Positions 60,957 to 64,000 of a DNA stretch of 64,000 nt are shown here, one piece after another. Each line of letters starts with the position of its first letter. Within the stretch, counting starts at the first letter, position 1. Made by a program: the position numbers and the translations under genes. Under the pieces are notes generated by a model. The model ran no database searches, was not told the origin of the DNA, and saw only the letters and a list, made by a program, of their open reading frames with translations. The stretch lies in the NCBI GenBank assembly GCA_040755995.1, contig JBFMAF010000055.1, forward strand, positions 224,001-288,000, read 5' to 3'. This DNA comes from Acidobacteriota bacterium. GTDB taxonomy: Bacteria; Acidobacteriota; CAIWXX01.

Positions 60957-62047
60957 CTGCCGCGCGCGTCGACCAGTGGCTCCCCGCATTGCACCGGGGC
61001 GATGCCATCGGCGACAGCGCCTTCCACATCCGCGACCATCTGCGATGCAGGGGCTTCCAATCGAATCTCTATGCGCTGACGGTCGATCGCGGGGTCGACG
61101 GGCTTCCGATGGATGCTTTCGACGGCAGCGCGGATGCGGTGATCCTGCACTTCGCCCTGCCCTCGCCCCTCTCCGAACGCCTCCGTCACTTTCCCGGAAG
61201 ACGCGCGATCATCTATCACAACATTACACCCGCGCACTATTTCGAGCCGTATAGCCACAAGCTCGCGCGGATGTGCACCGCCGGCAGGATGGAGATTACT
61301 ACACTCGTAGAATTCGTCGACCTGGCCCTGGCCGACTCCGAGTACAACCGGCTGGAGCTCGATGTAATGGGTTTCCGGCGCACGGGCGAGTTCCCGATCT
61401 TCATGGACCTCTCGCGCTATGAGGCGGGCTCGTGCGGAGCCCTCCGGCGCCACCTGCGGGACGGCCGTAGGAATATCCTGTTCGTGGGCCGCGTCGTCCC
61501 CAACAAACGGATCGAGCATCTCATCAAGGCTGCTTTCTACTACCGGAAGTTCATCTCGCCCAGGGTACGGTTGATCGTTGTGGGCAAGGACACGCTGCTC
61601 CCTGCTTACAGCCGCAGCCTGCGGAAGCTCGCGGGAGACCTGATGCTGAGCAGCGAGGATGTGGTATTCACGGGCCATGTGACGCACGAGGAGCTGGTCA
61701 CGTGCTACAGGAACAGTCATTGTTTCCTGTCCCTCTCCGAGCACGAAGGATTCTGTGTGCCGCTGATCGAGTCGATGGTGTTCGACGTGCCCATCGTGGC
61801 GCTGGCGCGCGGGGCTGTGCCGTTTACACTTGGCGGCGCCGGGCTGCTGCTCGAGTCGCCCGACGCGGCGGAGGTGGCGGAGGCGGTCAGCGATGTGTGC
61901 GAGAACGAAGAGTTGCGAGAGGGCATCCTGGAGGCCCAGCGGGAACGGCTGGAGTACTTCCGGACGGAGCGGCTGGAGCGGCTGCTGGACGAGTACGTCG
62001 ACGAGCTGCTTGGGAGTGGTGGCCGGGCGCCTGCGGCACGCTGCTGA
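60953..62047 (+). CDS. Glycosyltransferase family 4
   Basis: GRVVPNK, SEHEGFCVPLIES. Confidence 0.92.
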   Translation: MTAARVDQWLPALHRGDAIGDSAFHIRDHLRCRGFQSNLYALTVDRGVDGLPMDAFDGSADAVILHFALPSPLSERLRHFPGRRAIIYHNITPAHYFEPYSHKLARMCTAGRMEITTLVEFVDLALADSEYNRLELDVMGFRRTGEFPIFMDLSRYEAGSCGALRRHLRDGRRNILFVGRVVPNKRIEHLIKAAFYYRKFISPRVRLIVVGKDTLLPAYSRSLRKLAGDLMLSSEDVVFTGHVTHEELVTCYRNSHCFLSLSEHEGFCVPLIESMVFDVPIVALARGAVPFTLGGAGLLLESPDAAEVAEAVSDVCENEELREGILEAQRERLEYFRTERLERLLDEYVDELLGSGGRAPAARC

Positions 62048-62059
62048 AGGAGGGTTGTT

Positions 62060-63214
62060 CTGAAACTCGCGGTCGTCATTCAACGCTACGGCAAGGAGAT
62101 CACGGGCGGGTCGGAGAGTCTCTGCCGGGAGACCATGCGCAGGCTCGCGCGAAAGCACCAGATCACCGTGTACACATCGACGGCGCTCGACTACGTCACG
62201 TGGCGGAATCAGTATCCGCCCGGCAGCAGCGAGGATGAGGGTGTGACGGTCAGACGGTTTGCGGTGGAACGCGAGCGCGATCAGGAGAGCTTTAACCGGT
62301 TCTCCGACTGGATCTATTCCAACCGGCACTCGGATGAGGACGAGAAACGCTGGTTGGAGGACCAGGGACCGCTGTGTCCAGAGCTCGTGTCGGCGTTCCA
62401 GGCGGAGCAGGAGCGGTTCGATGCGGTCATCTTCTACACGTACCTCTACTATCCGACCGTCGAATGCCTGAGACTCGTCACGCGGCCATGCCTGCTGGTG
62501 CCGACGGCGCATCGCGAGCCGGCCGCCAGGCTCAGGATGTACGGCGATGTCTACCGGCGCCCCGATGGGCTCATCTTCAACACGCACGCCGAGGGCCGGC
62601 TGGTCCAGGAGATGTACCATCCCCCCTGCAAGCATCGGCAAGTCGCGGGTGTCGGCATAACGCCGCCCAGCCGGCAGCAGGGGAAGTTGAAGCTCGGCAG
62701 GCCGTCTATACTTTACGCCGGCAGGATCGACGCCGGGAAAGGTTGCGCCGAGCTCGTGGAGTACTTCATCCGCTTTCGCGTCTACCAGATGCCATGTCAT
62801 CTGTACCTGATGGGGAGCCTGCAGATGCGGCTCCCCAAGCATCCGGGCATTCAGTACCTCGGGTACCTCTCCGAGGAGGACAAGTTCGCGGCCTATCGTG
62901 CTGCGGACGTGACCGCGATCCCGTCGCGATTCGAGAGCCTGTCAATTGTGGCCCTGGAATCTCTCTATTGCGGCACGCCGATCCTGGTCAACGCCGGCAG
63001 TGACGTGCTTCGCGAACACTGCACTCGATCGAACGCAGGCCTGTACTACGGGGACTTCGACGAGTTCGCAGAAACGCTCGGCTACATCCTCAGAAGAGGC
63101 GATGTGGCGGCCGAGCTGGGCGGGCGAGGGAAGCGATACGTGGCCGAGAACTACACCTGGGACAAGGTCCTCGCAAGGTACGACTCCGCCTTGCAGCAGG
63201 TGCTCAACCGCTAG
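62060..63214 (+). CDS. Glycosyltransferase family 4 (probable CTG start)
   Basis: LKLAVVIQRYG aligns with paralog MKIALVVQRYG; AGGAGG RBS; PSRFESLSIVALES. Confidence 0.88.
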   Translation: MKLAVVIQRYGKEITGGSESLCRETMRRLARKHQITVYTSTALDYVTWRNQYPPGSSEDEGVTVRRFAVERERDQESFNRFSDWIYSNRHSDEDEKRWLEDQGPLCPELVSAFQAEQERFDAVIFYTYLYYPTVECLRLVTRPCLLVPTAHREPAARLRMYGDVYRRPDGLIFNTHAEGRLVQEMYHPPCKHRQVAGVGITPPSRQQGKLKLGRPSILYAGRIDAGKGCAELVEYFIRFRVYQMPCHLYLMGSLQMRLPKHPGIQYLGYLSEEDKFAAYRAADVTAIPSRFESLSIVALESLYCGTPILVNAGSDVLREHCTRSNAGLYYGDFDEFAETLGYILRRGDVAAELGGRGKRYVAENYTWDKVLARYDSALQQVLNR

Positions 63215-63232
63215 CAAGGCGCCGGGGGCCGC

Positions 63233-64000
63233 TCAGCGGGTCAGGTTCTCGCAGCCGCTCGCCGTCACCACCACGTCGTCCTCGAACCGGATGCCGCCGA
63301 ATGGGATCAGTTCGTCGATCAGCTTCCAGTTCAGCAAGCGGCCCCGGTTGCCGTCGCGCTCCGGATCCAGCAGAGTCGGAATGAAGTAGATCCCCGGCTC
63401 GATCGTGAAGACCATCCCGGGCTCGACCTGCCTCGTCAGGCGCAGGAACGGGTGCTCGGGGGGCGGCGGCGCAGGTTCACCCGATGGGTCCTTCATTCTG
63501 CCGCCGACATCGTGCACCTGGATGCCGAGAAGGTGTCCGATGCCGTGGGGGAAGAAGATGTGGCTGACCTTCTGCGCGCGCATCTCGTCCTCGGATGCAC
63601 TGCAGATCCCGACCTCGCGCAGTAGCGCAGTGACTCTCCGGTGGGCCTCCTCATGCAGCTCCAGATACGGCTGGTTCGGCCTCAAGTATCCGACCAGCTC
63701 GAGCTGCAGGCGGTCCATGCCCGCAACGAGCGACCTGAAGACCGGGTGCGCTCGGTCGCTCGTGTACGTGCGCGTGGTGTCCGAACAGTATGCCTCCACA
63801 CGACAGCCCGCGTCGATCAGTGCAACTCGACCGGCCGAGCCCATGCCACGCCTCTTATGCTGGTAGTGCAAGATAGCCGACTTCTCGTCGATGGCGACGA
63901 TGCTGGGGAACGCGGTCTCTTCATCGGTGATACCGCACGCCAGCAGGAATGCCGTGTGGATGGTCCACTCGTCGCCTCCGCGCTCGAACGCCGCCTGCGC
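63233..64000 (-). CDS. pepQ: Xaa-Pro dipeptidase (M24B), 5' part outside window
   Basis: DAG, SDTTRT, PHGIGHLLGIQVHD, TIEPG, RFEDD. Confidence 0.88.
   Translation of the reverse strand, partial: AQAAFERGGDEWTIHTAFLLACGITDEETAFPSIVAIDEKSAILHYQHKRRGMGSAGRVALIDAGCRVEAYCSDTTRTYTSDRAHPVFRSLVAGMDRLQLELVGYLRPNQPYLELHEEAHRRVTALLREVGICSASEDEMRAQKVSHIFFPHGIGHLLGIQVHDVGGRMKDPSGEPAPPPPEHPFLRLTRQVEPGMVFTIEPGIYFIPTLLDPERDGNRGRLLNWKLIDELIPFGGIRFEDDVVVTASGCENLTR

Overview
This is GC-rich bacterial DNA in two parts. (1) Bases 1-17.4 kb are a mosaic integron and gene-cassette region. Minus-strand cassettes with recognisable attC sites carry PIN, FKBP, DUF4365-TPR, NDT/TIR-like, P-loop kinase, two HEPN-like and TIR genes. 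They come in short trains headed by two different attI-like sites, each present twice, and two dead integron-integrase remnants lie co-directional with the cassettes. The trains alternate with six same-orientation, N-terminally truncated IS110-family transposase remnants. In three independent cassettes the conserved IS110 downstream end joins exactly at the GTT of the cassette's own R'' box. A second element end (TTGAACTGAGCCGC..., followed by a tyrosine-recombinase stub) also joins at attC R'' boxes, twice. (2) Bases 17.4-64 kb are mostly ordinary genes: GT-C glycosyltransferases, cupin, vapBC, MBL hydrolase, tricorn protease, FG-GAP protein, amidohydrolase, a sigma54-controlled MacAB-like ABC exporter with a two-component system, copA/copZ, three Thr-type sulfatase-like enzymes, a C1A protease, an Fe-S oxidoreductase, an M23 peptidase, HU, four GT4s and pepQ. 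Two insertions there are flanked by unusually long direct repeats (about 185 bp and 58 bp) at convergent gene junctions. No rRNA, tRNA or CRISPR array was seen. All family calls come from reading motifs by eye, not from database searches.
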